Counted from the stretch's first letter, positions 38,688 to 48,778 are shown. The stretch: DNA of 64,000 nt from Candidatus Fermentibacteraceae bacterium (GCA_041686025.1 JAWLEP010000001.1:44545-108544); one strand, 5' to 3'. The notes: generated by a model from the sequence alone, not told the origin. A program made the numbers and translations.

Positions 38688-38777
38688 GGGGACGGAGGTA
38701 TTTTAGCAGGCGAATAAATCGCTGTAGGCCTGCAAGAGCATCGCGCTTTATTCGCCTGCTAAAATACCTCCGTCCCC
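38688..38777. repeat. REP/MITE-like element: perfect 31-bp inverted repeat around a 28-bp spacer
   Basis: GGGGACGGAGGTATTTTAGCAGGCGAATAAA (38688-38718) and its exact reverse complement (38747-38777). Confidence 0.85.
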
Positions 38778-38786
38778 TTTTCGTAC

Positions 38787-38815
38787 TTGACGGAAACTGG
38801 GGCCCGGTATATCCT
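38787..38815 (+). promoter_or_regulatory. Sigma70-type promoter of tRNA-Val/thrS
   Basis: TTGACG-N17-TATCCT. Confidence 0.65.
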
Positions 38816-38832
38816 TGCCCCTGCTGATCGGT

Positions 38833-38909
38833 GGGCGATTAGCTCAGGTGGCTAGAGTGCTTGCTTGACATGCAAGAGGTCACTGGTTCAAGTCCAGTAT
38901 CGCCCACCA
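38833..38909 (+). tRNA. tRNA-Val (GAC)
   Basis: GGGCGAT/ATCGCCC acceptor stem, anticodon loop TTGACAT, GTTCAAG T-loop, encoded CCA. Confidence 0.97.
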
Positions 38910-38964
38910 TCTTTTTTTGCCCGTAACCGCCTGCATGGCTTATTTCTACAAGGGGAGCCGCATC

Positions 38965-40908
38965 GTGAAGCTGACATTTCCAGACGGCAGCGTGTCCTCT
39001 TTCGAGGCCGGAACAACGGGCCTCGAGGTGGCGGAGTCCATATCCCGCAGCCTGGCCAAGAAGGCCCTGGTCTGCAAGATCAACGGCACCCCGGTGGACC
39101 TGACCCTGCCTCTGCCCGAGGAGGGCGAGATCCGCATACTCACCTTCGCCGACGAAGAGGGAGCGGACGCCATGCGGCACAGCGCCTCCCATATGCTGGC
39201 TGCGGCGGTGAAGCGCCTCTTCCCCGGGACGAAGCTGGGGATCGGCCCCGCCATAGAGGACGGCTTCTACTACGACATGGACATACCCGGATTCGGCGGC
39301 GAGGAGGACCTGGAGCGCATCCGGGAGGAGATGCTCCGCCAGGTGAAGGAGGACCTGCCGTTCCGCCGCAGCGAGATGCCCCTCGAAGAGGCCCGTGAGC
39401 TCCTGAAGCAGCAGGGGGAGGAATACAAGCTGGAGCTGCTGGACGACCTGGAGCAGCGGGGGGAGACGGAGGTCAGCTTCTACAGCCACGGTGACTTCAC
39501 CGACATGTGCCGGGGCCCCCACGTCCCCTCCACCGGCCGCCTGCGGCACGTGAAGCTGCTGAGCGTGGCCGGCGCCTACTGGCGGGGGGACGAGAACCGC
39601 ACGATGCTCACCAGGATCTACGGTACGGTCTTCGACAGCCGCTCGGCGCTGCAGGAGCACCTCGAGCTGCTGGAGGAGGCCAGGAAGCGCGACCACCGCA
39701 AGCTGGGCCGGGAGCTGGGGCTGTTCATGGTGGGCGGCGAAGGCGGTCCGGGGCTGGTCTACTGGCTGCCCCGGGGAACGGTGCTCAAGGAGGAGCTGGA
39801 GGGCCTCTGGAAGGACGCCCACAGGGCGGCCGGATACCAGCTGGTGGCAACGCCCCACGTGGCGCCGGCGGAGCTCTGGAAGACCTCGGGCCACTACTAC
39901 TACTACCGCGACAACATGTACTTCCTGGACGTGGAGGGCGGCGAGTACGCAATAAAGCCCATGAACTGCCCCGGCCACATACTCATCTACCGCAGCGAGA
40001 CCCGCTCCTACCGCGACCTGCCCCTCCGGCTGGCCGAGCTGGGAACCGTCTACCGCTACGAGAAGAGCGGAGTGCTCCACGGTCTGATGCGGGTGCGCGG
40101 GTTCACCGTCGATGACGGCCACATATTCTGCAACGACGAGACGGCGCTGGGCGAGATCCAGGACGTGGTCCGGTTCGCCCTGTACATGCTGAGGATATTC
40201 GATTTCGGCTACGAGCTGGAGCTCTCCCTGGGCGACCCCGGACGCGCCGACCACTACGCGGGGGAGCCCGAGGACTGGCGCAAGGCGGAGAAGATCCTGG
40301 CCAGGGCCCTGGACGAGATGGGCGAGAGCTACGCCACCGTATCGGGGGAGGCGGCCTTCTACGGCCCCAAGATAGACATAAAGCTCCGGGACGCCCTGGG
40401 CCGGACCTGGCAGGGGCCTACGGTGCAGTTCGACTTCAACATACCCAGCAGGTTCGACCTGACCTACGTGGGCGCCGACGGCGCCGACCACAGGGTCCTG
40501 CTGATACACAGGGCCCTCTTCGGGTCGGTGGAGAGGTTCATAGGCAACCTGATAGAGCACTACGCCGGCAACTTCCCGGGTTGGCTTGCGCCCCTGCAGG
40601 TAGTTATCTTACCCATAACGTCGGACCAGCACGAGACCGCGCGGCGAGTCGAGGCGGAAGTAAGGTCCGCCGGCCTTCGCTGCAAGGTGGACGGGCGCAA
40701 CGAGACCATCGGCTACCGCATACGCGAGGCCGAGACCCTCAAGGTTCCGTTCATGCTGGTGATAGGAGCGAGAGAAGCCGGTACTGGAAAGGTGGCCCTC
40801 CGGGTCCACGGAGAGGGTGACAGGGGATCCCTGCCCCTCGACGAGGTGCTGGAGGAGCTGAAGGCCGCCTGTATGCGGCCTGCACTGCCGAATGGAGGAG
40901 GTAGGTAG
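38965..40908 (+). CDS. thrS: Threonine--tRNA ligase
   Basis: TGS domain, RHSASH, DMCRGPH, RDHRKLG, KPMNCPGH, AFYGPKID. Confidence 0.98.
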   Translation: MKLTFPDGSVSSFEAGTTGLEVAESISRSLAKKALVCKINGTPVDLTLPLPEEGEIRILTFADEEGADAMRHSASHMLAAAVKRLFPGTKLGIGPAIEDGFYYDMDIPGFGGEEDLERIREEMLRQVKEDLPFRRSEMPLEEARELLKQQGEEYKLELLDDLEQRGETEVSFYSHGDFTDMCRGPHVPSTGRLRHVKLLSVAGAYWRGDENRTMLTRIYGTVFDSRSALQEHLELLEEARKRDHRKLGRELGLFMVGGEGGPGLVYWLPRGTVLKEELEGLWKDAHRAAGYQLVATPHVAPAELWKTSGHYYYYRDNMYFLDVEGGEYAIKPMNCPGHILIYRSETRSYRDLPLRLAELGTVYRYEKSGVLHGLMRVRGFTVDDGHIFCNDETALGEIQDVVRFALYMLRIFDFGYELELSLGDPGRADHYAGEPEDWRKAEKILARALDEMGESYATVSGEAAFYGPKIDIKLRDALGRTWQGPTVQFDFNIPSRFDLTYVGADGADHRVLLIHRALFGSVERFIGNLIEHYAGNFPGWLAPLQVVILPITSDQHETARRVEAEVRSAGLRCKVDGRNETIGYRIREAETLKVPFMLVIGAREAGTGKVALRVHGEGDRGSLPLDEVLEELKAACMRPALPNGGGR

Positions 40909-40910
40909 CC

Positions 40911-41426
40911 ATAGGGAAGAAGACGCGGGTAAACGGCGACATAAGGGCCCCTGAGGTCAGACTTATCGATGAGGAAGGCGAGCACGTAGGTGTGGTTCCC
41001 ATAAGGGAGGCGCTTGACAGGGCATCCGAAGCCGGTCAGGACCTCGTGGAGATCTCACCCGGGGCAAAGCCGCCGGTAGCCCGGATCATGGACTACGGCA
41101 AGTTCCAGTACCGACAGAGCAGAAAGGCGAGGAAGGCTCGAAAGAGCCAGCAGAAGGGCGGCCTGAAGGAGGTCAAGTTCCGTCCCAACACGGACGACCA
41201 TGACTACGACTTCAAGATGCGCCACGCCCGCGACTTCCTGCAGGACCGCCACAAGGTCAAGGCCACGGTGGTCTTCCGGGGGCGGCAGCTGGTTTACAAG
41301 AGTCAGGGATACGATCTTCTGGAGAGGCTGGCGTCGGACCTGGAGGACCTGGGCAAGATAGAGCGCAAGCCGGTCCTCGAGGGCAAGCTTCTCACCATGA
41401 TCGTCTCGCCACGCAAGGAGAGATGA
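40911..41426 (+). CDS. infC: Translation initiation factor IF-3 (ATA start)
   Basis: [32 protein letters not shown]. In-frame ATA follows a GGAGGT SD. Confidence 0.95.
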   Translation: MGKKTRVNGDIRAPEVRLIDEEGEHVGVVPIREALDRASEAGQDLVEISPGAKPPVARIMDYGKFQYRQSRKARKARKSQQKGGLKEVKFRPNTDDHDYDFKMRHARDFLQDRHKVKATVVFRGRQLVYKSQGYDLLERLASDLEDLGKIERKPVLEGKLLTMIVSPRKER

Positions 41427-41437
41427 CGGGAGCGGAA

Positions 41438-41629
41438 ATGCCTAAGATGAAGACCCACAAGGGTGCGGCAAAGCGGATGAAGAAGACCGGCACCGGGAAG
41501 ATCAAGATCTACCATTCCCACGCCGGCCACATCCAGACCAAGAAGAACAGCTCGCGGAAGCGCAAGCTCCGCCAGAGCGGAATAGCGTCGAAACCGGACA
41601 CCAAGAGACTGAAGAAGCTGCTGCCCTAG
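41438..41629 (+). CDS. rpmI: 50S ribosomal protein L35
   Basis: [13 protein letters not shown]; synteny. Confidence 0.96.
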   Translation: MPKMKTHKGAAKRMKKTGTGKIKIYHSHAGHIQTKKNSSRKRKLRQSGIASKPDTKRLKKLLP

Positions 41630-41665
41630 GGACAGCCGTCCCGGGAGCAGCCGTCGGGAGAGATC

Positions 41666-42025
41666 ATGAGCAGAGCCAAGAGCGCAGTAATCAGGAAGAA
41701 GCGTCACAAGAAGGACCTGAAGGACGCCAAGGGCTACTACGGCGGCCGCAGGAAGCTCTACACCGTAGCCTCGGAGAGCGTGCGGAAGGCGCGTGAGTAC
41801 CAGTACCGCGACCGGCGCAATCGCAAGCGCAGCTTCCGCCGTCTGTGGATAACCAGGATAAACGCCGCGGCCCGGCAGAACGGGATGCGCTACAGCCAGC
41901 TGATCGGCGGGCTGAAGAAGGCGGGCGTGGAGCTGGACCGGAAGATCCTGGCGGACATGGCGGTGAGAGACCCCGAAGCGTTCTCCAGGGTCGTGGACGT
42001 GGCCAGGGCCGGACTGGAGGGCTGA
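41666..42025 (+). CDS. rplT: 50S ribosomal protein L20
   Basis: [26 protein letters not shown]. Confidence 0.97.
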   Translation: MSRAKSAVIRKKRHKKDLKDAKGYYGGRRKLYTVASESVRKAREYQYRDRRNRKRSFRRLWITRINAAARQNGMRYSQLIGGLKKAGVELDRKILADMAVRDPEAFSRVVDVARAGLEG

Positions 42026-42077
42026 TGCCCCGGTCCCGGCAGCGGGAACGTTTTCGGCCGGGGATGGCTAGTAGACA

Positions 42078-42350
42078 ATGAATGGCGAAGGCGATCTGGA
42101 GCGGTTGACCGAGGCCGTTGATCGTCTGATTGTTAAGCTGGAAGACCTGAGGGGCCAGAGGAACACTCTGGCCGGTAGGGTCGAGGAACTCGAGAAGAGC
42201 CTGGAGACCCAGGCGACGCAGGCGGACCCGGAGGGGTACAACCTGCTCCGGATCCACAGTGCCCGGCTCCTGCGTGAGCGCAAGGAGATCGGGCGTCGCC
42301 TGAGAGAGGTGCTGGAGAAGCTGGAAAAGCTGCAGCAGCGGCTGAGGTAG
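42078..42350 (+). CDS. Coiled-coil protein, ZapB-like
   Basis: Heptad pattern; immediately upstream of zapA. Confidence 0.65.
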   Translation: MNGEGDLERLTEAVDRLIVKLEDLRGQRNTLAGRVEELEKSLETQATQADPEGYNLLRIHSARLLRERKEIGRRLREVLEKLEKLQQRLR

Positions 42351-42353
42351 CAA

Positions 42354-42764
42354 TTGAGCGATCGACCGACAAATGTACGGGTCAACATATACGGTCGAGA
42401 GTATTCCATAAGGGGTGAGGGCGACCCCTCATACGTTTCGGAGATCGCCCACTACGTGGACATGAAGATGCGCCAGATGACCGATAACATCACCATGGCA
42501 TCTTCTGCGAAGGTAGCCATTCTCGCCGCCCTGAACATTACCGATGAGCTCTTTCAGAAGGAGAGGCAGCTCAAGGAGCTCGAGGAGGGACACGGGAAGG
42601 CCCTCGCCCGTCTGGCCGACCGAATCGAGGAGGCCATAGACGGTTCCGCACAGCCCACCTCCGCCGCAGAGACCCCGCAGCCCGAAAGGTCCTCCCGCAC
42701 CGCGGAGGACGCAGTGCACTCCGGAACCTCGGCAGGAAGCGGCTCCAGGCAGCGCTCGGAGTAA
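42354..42764 (+). CDS. zapA: Cell division protein ZapA
   Basis: VNIYGREY, YVD.KM, AILAALNI.DEL. Confidence 0.92.
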   Translation: MSDRPTNVRVNIYGREYSIRGEGDPSYVSEIAHYVDMKMRQMTDNITMASSAKVAILAALNITDELFQKERQLKELEEGHGKALARLADRIEEAIDGSAQPTSAAETPQPERSSRTAEDAVHSGTSAGSGSRQRSE

Positions 42765-42864
42765 TACCTGCAGGCCGCCCCTCGCCGGGGTCGGCGCAGG
42801 CCCCAGACCGAGCCGGGGGCAAGCCTGCATTGTAATAGATGAGCACTGCGCCTTGAAGGGGAGC
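42742..42864 (+). ncRNA. ssrS: Putative compact 6S RNA
   Basis: Closing stem, symmetric 11/11-nt central bubble, terminal hairpin; located at the zapA-rny junction. Confidence 0.55.
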
Positions 42865-42868
42865 AGTT

Positions 42869-44419
42869 ATGCATCCGGTTATCTGCATCGGCCTGGGAGT
42901 GGTTGCGTTCCTCCTGGGCTTTTTTCTGCATAAACTCCTTGTAAGCAAGGAGATAGGCGGCGCCAAGAAGGAATCGAGCAGGATACTGGGGGAGGCCCGC
43001 AGGGAGGCCGAGGCCCTCCGCAAGGAGGCCATTCTCGAGGGGCGGGACCTGGTGTCCCGGGAGAAGGCGGCCGCGGCCGAGGAGAACCAGAAGGTCCGCC
43101 AGGACCTGGACGAGCGGGAGCGGCGCCTGGTCCGCATGGAGGAGAGGCTGGGCCGGCAGGGCGAGAACCTCGACCGGCGGGAGGCCACCCTCGAGGCCCA
43201 GAAGACGGACCTGGCGGAGAAGGAGCAGGCGCTACAGGCCAAGCACCAGCGGGTCAACCGCCTCATGGAGGAGCAGAACCGTCTGCTGGAGAAGCACGCG
43301 GGCCTCACCAGGAAGGAGGCCAGGAAGGTTCTGGTGGCCAACCTGGAGGAGGAGGCCCAGCTGGAGGCGGGCAGGCTCACCAGGAAGATCCTGGAGCAGG
43401 CGGAGCGGGAGGCCGATGACAGGGCCAACTGGATCCTCTCCACAGCCATACAGCGCTGCAGCGCAAACCACGTCATGGAGAACTGCGTTTCCGTGGTGAA
43501 CCTCCCCAGCGACGACATGAAGGGCCGGATAATCGGCCGGGAGGGCCGCAACATACGGTCATTCGAGGGCGCCACCGGAGTGGACGTGATCATCGACGAT
43601 ACCCCCGAGGCCATAGTCCTGTCCTGCTTCGATCCCGTCCGCAGAGAGGTGGCCCGCCAGTCCATGGAGAAGCTCATCGCCGACGGCAGGATCCATCCCG
43701 GCCGCATCGAGTCGGTGGTGGAGAAGGCCAGCGCTGAGATGGAGAAGCAGACCAAGAAGCTGGGCAACGAGCTCTGCATGGAGGCCAACGTATCCGGCCT
43801 GCACCCCCAGCTCATACGTCATCTCGGCCGCCTGCGCTACCGGACGAGCTACGGGCAGAACATGTACCAGCACTCCCTGGAGGTGGCGCACATATCCGGC
43901 CTGATCGCCTCCGAGCTGAAGCTGGACGCCTCCGTGGCCCGCAGGGCCGGGGTGCTCCACGACATCGGCAAGGCCACCGACCAGGAGGTGGAGGGCTCCC
44001 ACGCCCAGGTGGGCATGGAGCTGGCCAGGCGCTTCGACGAGTCACCCCTGGTCTGCAACGCCATAGGTGCCCACCACGAGGAGGTGGAGCCGGAGTCCCT
44101 CTACGCCCTGATAGTGCAGGCGGCCGACGCGGTGAGCGGCGCCCGCCCCGGAGCGCGCCGGGAGACCCTGGAACGGTACGTGCGCAGGCTGCACCGGCTG
44201 GAGGCGCTGGCGGACGGCTTCGACGGAGTCAGCAAGTCCTACGCCATCCAGGCCGGCAGGGAGCTGCGGATAGCCGTGCGGCCGGAGTCGGTGGACGACG
44301 GCGGTGCCGCGGACCTGGCCCGGATGGTGGCCCGCAGGATCGAGCGGGACATGGAGTACCCGGGACAGATCAAGGTCACCGTGATCCGCGAGGTCCGGGC
44401 TGCGGAGACGGCGCGCTAG
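42869..44419 (+). CDS. rny: Ribonuclease Y
   Basis: N-terminal TM, coiled coil, KH (MKGRIIGREGRNIR), HD (LHDIGK). Confidence 0.97.
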   Translation: MHPVICIGLGVVAFLLGFFLHKLLVSKEIGGAKKESSRILGEARREAEALRKEAILEGRDLVSREKAAAAEENQKVRQDLDERERRLVRMEERLGRQGENLDRREATLEAQKTDLAEKEQALQAKHQRVNRLMEEQNRLLEKHAGLTRKEARKVLVANLEEEAQLEAGRLTRKILEQAEREADDRANWILSTAIQRCSANHVMENCVSVVNLPSDDMKGRIIGREGRNIRSFEGATGVDVIIDDTPEAIVLSCFDPVRREVARQSMEKLIADGRIHPGRIESVVEKASAEMEKQTKKLGNELCMEANVSGLHPQLIRHLGRLRYRTSYGQNMYQHSLEVAHISGLIASELKLDASVARRAGVLHDIGKATDQEVEGSHAQVGMELARRFDESPLVCNAIGAHHEEVEPESLYALIVQAADAVSGARPGARRETLERYVRRLHRLEALADGFDGVSKSYAIQAGRELRIAVRPESVDDGGAADLARMVARRIERDMEYPGQIKVTVIREVRAAETAR

Positions 44420-44420
44420 C

Positions 44421-45185
44421 TTGAAGCTCCTTCTGCTGGGGGATCTGGTTGGAAGGCCCGGACGGCAGGCGGTCACCTCGTACCTGGAGGGGGCCGACTT
44501 CGATCTGGTAATTGTCAACGGCGAGAACGCGGCGGGGGGATTCGGCATCACCCCCAAGATCGCCAGGTCGCTTCAGAAGGCCGGCGTGGACGTCATCACC
44601 TCCGGCAACCACATATGGGCCTGCCGGGAGATATTCCCCGTGCTGGAGGACTACTCGGCCCACGTCCTCCGGCCCGCCAACGTGCCGGCGGGCAACCCCG
44701 GCCGCGGATGGACCATGGTGGAGGCGGGGGGGCTGGACGTCCTGGTGGTCAACCTGCAGGGCCGGGTGTTCATGAACAGCAGCGCCTCCTGCCCCTTCCG
44801 GGAGGCGGACCGGATAATCGCCGCCCGACAGCCGGACGTGACGGTGGTGGACTTCCACGCCGAGGCCACCAGCGAGAAGCAGGCCATGGGCTTCCACCTG
44901 GACGGAAGAGCCACCGTCCTGGCCGGCACCCACACCCACGTGCTCACCGCCGACGACCGCCTGCTCCCGAATGGGACCCTCTACATATCCGACCTGGGCA
45001 TGTGCGGCTGCCAGCGGGGAATAATAGGAATGGACCCGGAGGCCTCCATGGAGAGGCTTCTCCTGGGCAGGCCTGGCAGGCTGAAGGTGGCGGAAGCCGG
45101 CGGTCGCATGGTTAACGGCATATCGGTGGAGGTATCTTCGGAGGGCAGGGCAGTCGGCTGGGAGGTCATCAATGAGCGCCTCTGA
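44421..45185 (+). CDS. ymdB: TIGR00282/YmdB metallophosphoesterase
   Basis: GD.VG.PGR, NGENAAGG.G, GNH, DFHAEATSEK, GTHTH. Confidence 0.93.
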   Translation: MKLLLLGDLVGRPGRQAVTSYLEGADFDLVIVNGENAAGGFGITPKIARSLQKAGVDVITSGNHIWACREIFPVLEDYSAHVLRPANVPAGNPGRGWTMVEAGGLDVLVVNLQGRVFMNSSASCPFREADRIIAARQPDVTVVDFHAEATSEKQAMGFHLDGRATVLAGTHTHVLTADDRLLPNGTLYISDLGMCGCQRGIIGMDPEASMERLLLGRPGRLKVAEAGGRMVNGISVEVSSEGRAVGWEVINERL

Positions 45186-46062
45186 CGGTGCGGCGCTGAG
45201 GGAGTCGCTGCGCCGCGGCGCGGACTGGGTGGAGGCGAGGCTCAGGGCGCTGCCGGTGATGGAGGAGGACCAGTCGGGCCTGGCGTCCCACGCCGCATAC
45301 TCACTGCATGCCGGAGGAAAGAGGGTTCGCCCCTTCCTGGTCCGCAGCGCCTGCTCCGCGGTGGGGGGGCCGGCCGACGCCGCCATTCACGCCGCCGCCG
45401 CCGTGGAGATGGTGCACACCTACTCGCTGGTCCACGACGACCTTCCCCAGATGGACGACGACGACCTGCGCCGGGGGCTCCCCACGCTGCACCGGCGGGC
45501 CGGGACCAGGCAGGCGCTCCTGGCGGGCGACCTGCTTCTGGTGGAGGCCTTCCGGGAGCTGGCCAGGACCGAGCTGGCGGAGAGCCTGGTGGCCCTGATG
45601 TGCCGGAGGCTGGCCGTGGCCGCCGGGCCGTCATACCTTGTAGGGGGCCAGGTGATGGACATGTTCCCACCCGAAGAGCCGGACCTGGCCTGGATGGACC
45701 GGATGATCGGGGGCAAGACCGCGGCCATGATAAGGGTCTCCCTGGAGCTGGGCGCTCTGGCGGGGGGCATGGACCCCGACGGGCTGGAGCCGCTCTCCGG
45801 GGCGGGGGACAGGCTGGGCTTCGTCTTCCAGCTCACCGACGACCTGCTGGATGTCACCGGCACGGAGGCGGAGATGGGCAAGGTCGTAGCCAAGGACGCA
45901 GGGATGGGCAAGGCCAACTACGTCACGGTGCACGGCCCCGACAGGGCAAGGGAGCTGGCCCGGGACGAGGCGGCGGAGACGGCGGAGATGCTCCGCCGGC
46001 TGCCGGGAGACTGGTCGGAGGTGGCCGGACTGGCCCTGTTCCTGCCGGAGAGGAGGAGCTAG
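45172..46062 (+). CDS. ispA: Farnesyl/geranyl diphosphate synthase
   Basis: GGKRVRP, HTYSLVHDDLP.MDDDDLRRG, FQLTDDLLD. Confidence 0.93.
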   Translation: MSASDGAALRESLRRGADWVEARLRALPVMEEDQSGLASHAAYSLHAGGKRVRPFLVRSACSAVGGPADAAIHAAAAVEMVHTYSLVHDDLPQMDDDDLRRGLPTLHRRAGTRQALLAGDLLLVEAFRELARTELAESLVALMCRRLAVAAGPSYLVGGQVMDMFPPEEPDLAWMDRMIGGKTAAMIRVSLELGALAGGMDPDGLEPLSGAGDRLGFVFQLTDDLLDVTGTEAEMGKVVAKDAGMGKANYVTVHGPDRARELARDEAAETAEMLRRLPGDWSEVAGLALFLPERRS

Positions 46063-47906
46063 TGGCCGAGATACTGGACGGGATCACCTGTCCCGCCGAC
46101 GTCAGGGACCTCTCCATAGAGCAGCGGGTGCAGCTGGCCGACGAGGTCCGGGAGAGGATCGTGGACGTGGTCTGCTCCACCGGCGGCCATCTGGCCTCCA
46201 ACCTGGGGGTCGTGGAGCTCACCGTAGCCCTCCTCTCGGTCTACAGACCCCCCGAGGACAAGATAATCTGGGACGTTGGCCACCAGTGCTACCCCTACAA
46301 GCTGCTCACGGGGAGGTGCAGGGCCTTTCCCACCGTCAGGCAGGCCGGCGGGCTCAGCGGCTTCCCCAAGCGCAGCGAGAGCGATTTCGACGCCTTCGGG
46401 GCCGGCCACAGCTCCACCTCCATCTCCGCCGCGCTGGGCTTCGCCCGGGCCCGTGACCTCGCCGGCCGGAGCGAGAAGGTGGTGGCGGTGATAGGCGACG
46501 GCGCCATGAGCGCGGGGATGGCCCTGGAGGGGCTGAACAACCTGGGCCACAGCAACACCGACATGACCGTGATCCTCAACGACAACAAGATGTCCATCTC
46601 CCGGAACGTGGGGGGGCTGTCGCGATACCTGGCCCGCATACTCACCGACAGCACCTACAACCGCATGCGCGAAGAGGTATGGAACCTGCTGGGAAAGATC
46701 CCCTCCCTGGGCGAGCGGATGCGGAGAGCGGCCCACGTGGTGGGGGCGGGCCTGAAGAAGGGGCTGGTGGCCCCGGCCACCATATTCGACGAGTTCGGCG
46801 TCCGCTACATAGGCCCCCTTCCCGGCCACGACCTGCCCCTGCTCACCGGTGTGCTCCAGCGGGTGGCCGAGCTTCGGGGACCGGTCCTGGTGCACGTGAT
46901 CACCAGGAAGGGCAAGGGATACAGTCCCGCCGAGGAGGACGCCACCGGCTTCCACGGCGTCTCGGGGGAGCAGACCCCGGGGGAGGACGGCGAGAAGTTC
47001 ACCGACGCCTTCGCCGACGAGATGGTAAAGCTGGGCGAGGAGAACGGCCGCGTCTGCGCCATCACGGCCGCCATGCCCGACGGCACCGGACTGACAGGAT
47101 TCGGCGAACGCTTTCCCCGCCGGTTCTTCGACGTGGGCATCGCCGAGCAGCACGCCGTCACCTTCGCATGCGGCCTGGCCTTCGGCGGCATGAAGCCGGT
47201 GGCCGCCATCTACAGCACCTTCATGCAGAGGGCGGTGGACCAGGTGATCCACGACGCGGCGCTCCAGCGGGCCCCGGTGGTGATAGCCATGGACCGCGCC
47301 GGGCTGGTGGGGGCCGACGGCCCCACCCATCACGGCGCATTCGACATACCCCTGTTCCGCTGCATACCCGACCTGAGGATACTGGCCCCCAGGGACTGCG
47401 CCATGCTGAGGCTGGCCCTGAGGAAGGCCGTCGAGTTCGAGGAGTCGCCTACGCTGCTTCGGTATCCCCGGGGCCGGGAACGGATCTGCCCCCCTCCTCC
47501 GGAGGGGATCTCCCCGGGTGCCGGACAGCTGCTGCGGGAGGGCTCGGATGCCCTGGTGGTGGCCGTGGGGGTCATGGTTCCCGACGCGCTGGAGGCTGCG
47601 GAGAGGCTGGCCGGGGAGGGGATCGAGGCAGCGGTCTACGATCCCATCTGGCTGAAACCCCTTCCCCTGGAGGAGATAGCTGCCGCGGCCGGGGGCCTTC
47701 CGGTGGTCACCGCCGAGGAGGGGGCCGCTTCCGGCGGCACGGGCGAGGAGATAGCCGCCGCCCTGTGCGGGAAGGGACGGGTCCGGGTCATGGGACTTCC
47801 GGACGGCTTCCAGCCCCACGGGTCGCGGGAGCAGCTCCTGAGGCAGGTCCGTCTGGGGGTGGAGGACATAGCAGCGGCGGTGCGCGGCGCCGTGGGAGGT
47901 GGGTAG
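46062..47906 (+). CDS. dxs: 1-deoxy-D-xylulose-5-phosphate synthase
   Basis: GGHLASNLG, WDVGHQ, GDGAM, NDN, DVGIAEQH, DRAG.VG.DG.TH. Confidence 0.97.
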   Translation: MAEILDGITCPADVRDLSIEQRVQLADEVRERIVDVVCSTGGHLASNLGVVELTVALLSVYRPPEDKIIWDVGHQCYPYKLLTGRCRAFPTVRQAGGLSGFPKRSESDFDAFGAGHSSTSISAALGFARARDLAGRSEKVVAVIGDGAMSAGMALEGLNNLGHSNTDMTVILNDNKMSISRNVGGLSRYLARILTDSTYNRMREEVWNLLGKIPSLGERMRRAAHVVGAGLKKGLVAPATIFDEFGVRYIGPLPGHDLPLLTGVLQRVAELRGPVLVHVITRKGKGYSPAEEDATGFHGVSGEQTPGEDGEKFTDAFADEMVKLGEENGRVCAITAAMPDGTGLTGFGERFPRRFFDVGIAEQHAVTFACGLAFGGMKPVAAIYSTFMQRAVDQVIHDAALQRAPVVIAMDRAGLVGADGPTHHGAFDIPLFRCIPDLRILAPRDCAMLRLALRKAVEFEESPTLLRYPRGRERICPPPPEGISPGAGQLLREGSDALVVAVGVMVPDALEAAERLAGEGIEAAVYDPIWLKPLPLEEIAAAAGGLPVVTAEEGAASGGTGEEIAAALCGKGRVRVMGLPDGFQPHGSREQLLRQVRLGVEDIAAAVRGAVGGG

Positions 47907-47907
47907 C

Positions 47908-48777
47908 ATGGAGGAGGCCTCAGGAAGGGGTCCGGCCGTCAGCAGGGTATCCCTGTACGTGGACAGCTTCAGCCCCCCCTACTCCAGGATGGTGAAGAGC
48001 CTGATCCAGAGAGCCGAAGAAGCCGGGCTGGAGGTCCTGGTCTCCACCTCTTCGGCAGCTGTGCTGGAGGAGTACGGCCTGGAGACCGGAGACGCCGCCG
48101 ACGTGGGCCTGGTGCTGGGAGGAGACGGCACCATTCTGCGCGGCATGGACTTCTACCGCGGGCGGGACATGCCCGTTCTGGGGATAAACACCGGTCATCT
48201 GGGATTCCTGGCGTCCGCCGAGCTGGAGGACATCGGCCAGGCCCTGCTGTGGCTGGCGGAGGGCAGCTACGGCATTGAGGAGCTCCCCGTCCTCAGCGCC
48301 CTGATGCCCAGCGGCCAGCGGCTGACGGCGGTCAACGACTTCTGCGTGAACCGCTCCATGATGGGGGGCATCCTCCACTTCCGGGTGGACGTGGAGCGGG
48401 AGCCCGTAGCCCGGGTGGCGGGGGACGGGCTGGTGATCGCCACCCCCCTGGGCTCAACGGCCTACGCCCTCTCCGCCGGGGGGCCGATCATGGACCCGGA
48501 GATCCCGGGGATACTCATCGTGGCCATCTGTCCCCATCAGATATCCATCCGCCCCATCGTTGTGCCGCGGTGGGCCACCGTGGACGTCGCCGTGGACGGG
48601 CTGCGGGGCGCCGGCCCCTTCGTGAGCGCCGACGGCAAGCCCCTGGGCAGCCTGCAGGCGGGCCAGCGCCTGCGGGTCGGCACCGCAGAGCAGGTCTGCA
48701 GGGTGGTCCGATTCAAGAAGAAGAACGACTACTACAGCCGGCTGGGCAGGAAGCTGGGCTGGGGGGTGAGGGGCTGA
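47908..48777 (+). CDS. nadK: NAD(+) kinase
   Basis: LGGDGT, GIN.G.LGFL, TP.GSTAYALSAGGP. Confidence 0.93.
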   Translation: MEEASGRGPAVSRVSLYVDSFSPPYSRMVKSLIQRAEEAGLEVLVSTSSAAVLEEYGLETGDAADVGLVLGGDGTILRGMDFYRGRDMPVLGINTGHLGFLASAELEDIGQALLWLAEGSYGIEELPVLSALMPSGQRLTAVNDFCVNRSMMGGILHFRVDVEREPVARVAGDGLVIATPLGSTAYALSAGGPIMDPEIPGILIVAICPHQISIRPIVVPRWATVDVAVDGLRGAGPFVSADGKPLGSLQAGQRLRVGTAEQVCRVVRFKKKNDYYSRLGRKLGWGVRG

Positions 48778-48778
48778 G

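Noticed and set aside
38833..38920. tRNA-Val as integration site of a genomic island
   Set aside because: No duplicated tRNA 3' end noticed and thrS follows directly.
41630..41665. Short duplication CAGCCGTC(CC)GGGAG between rpmI and rplT
   Set aside because: Two short imperfect copies in GC-rich DNA; no support for a function.
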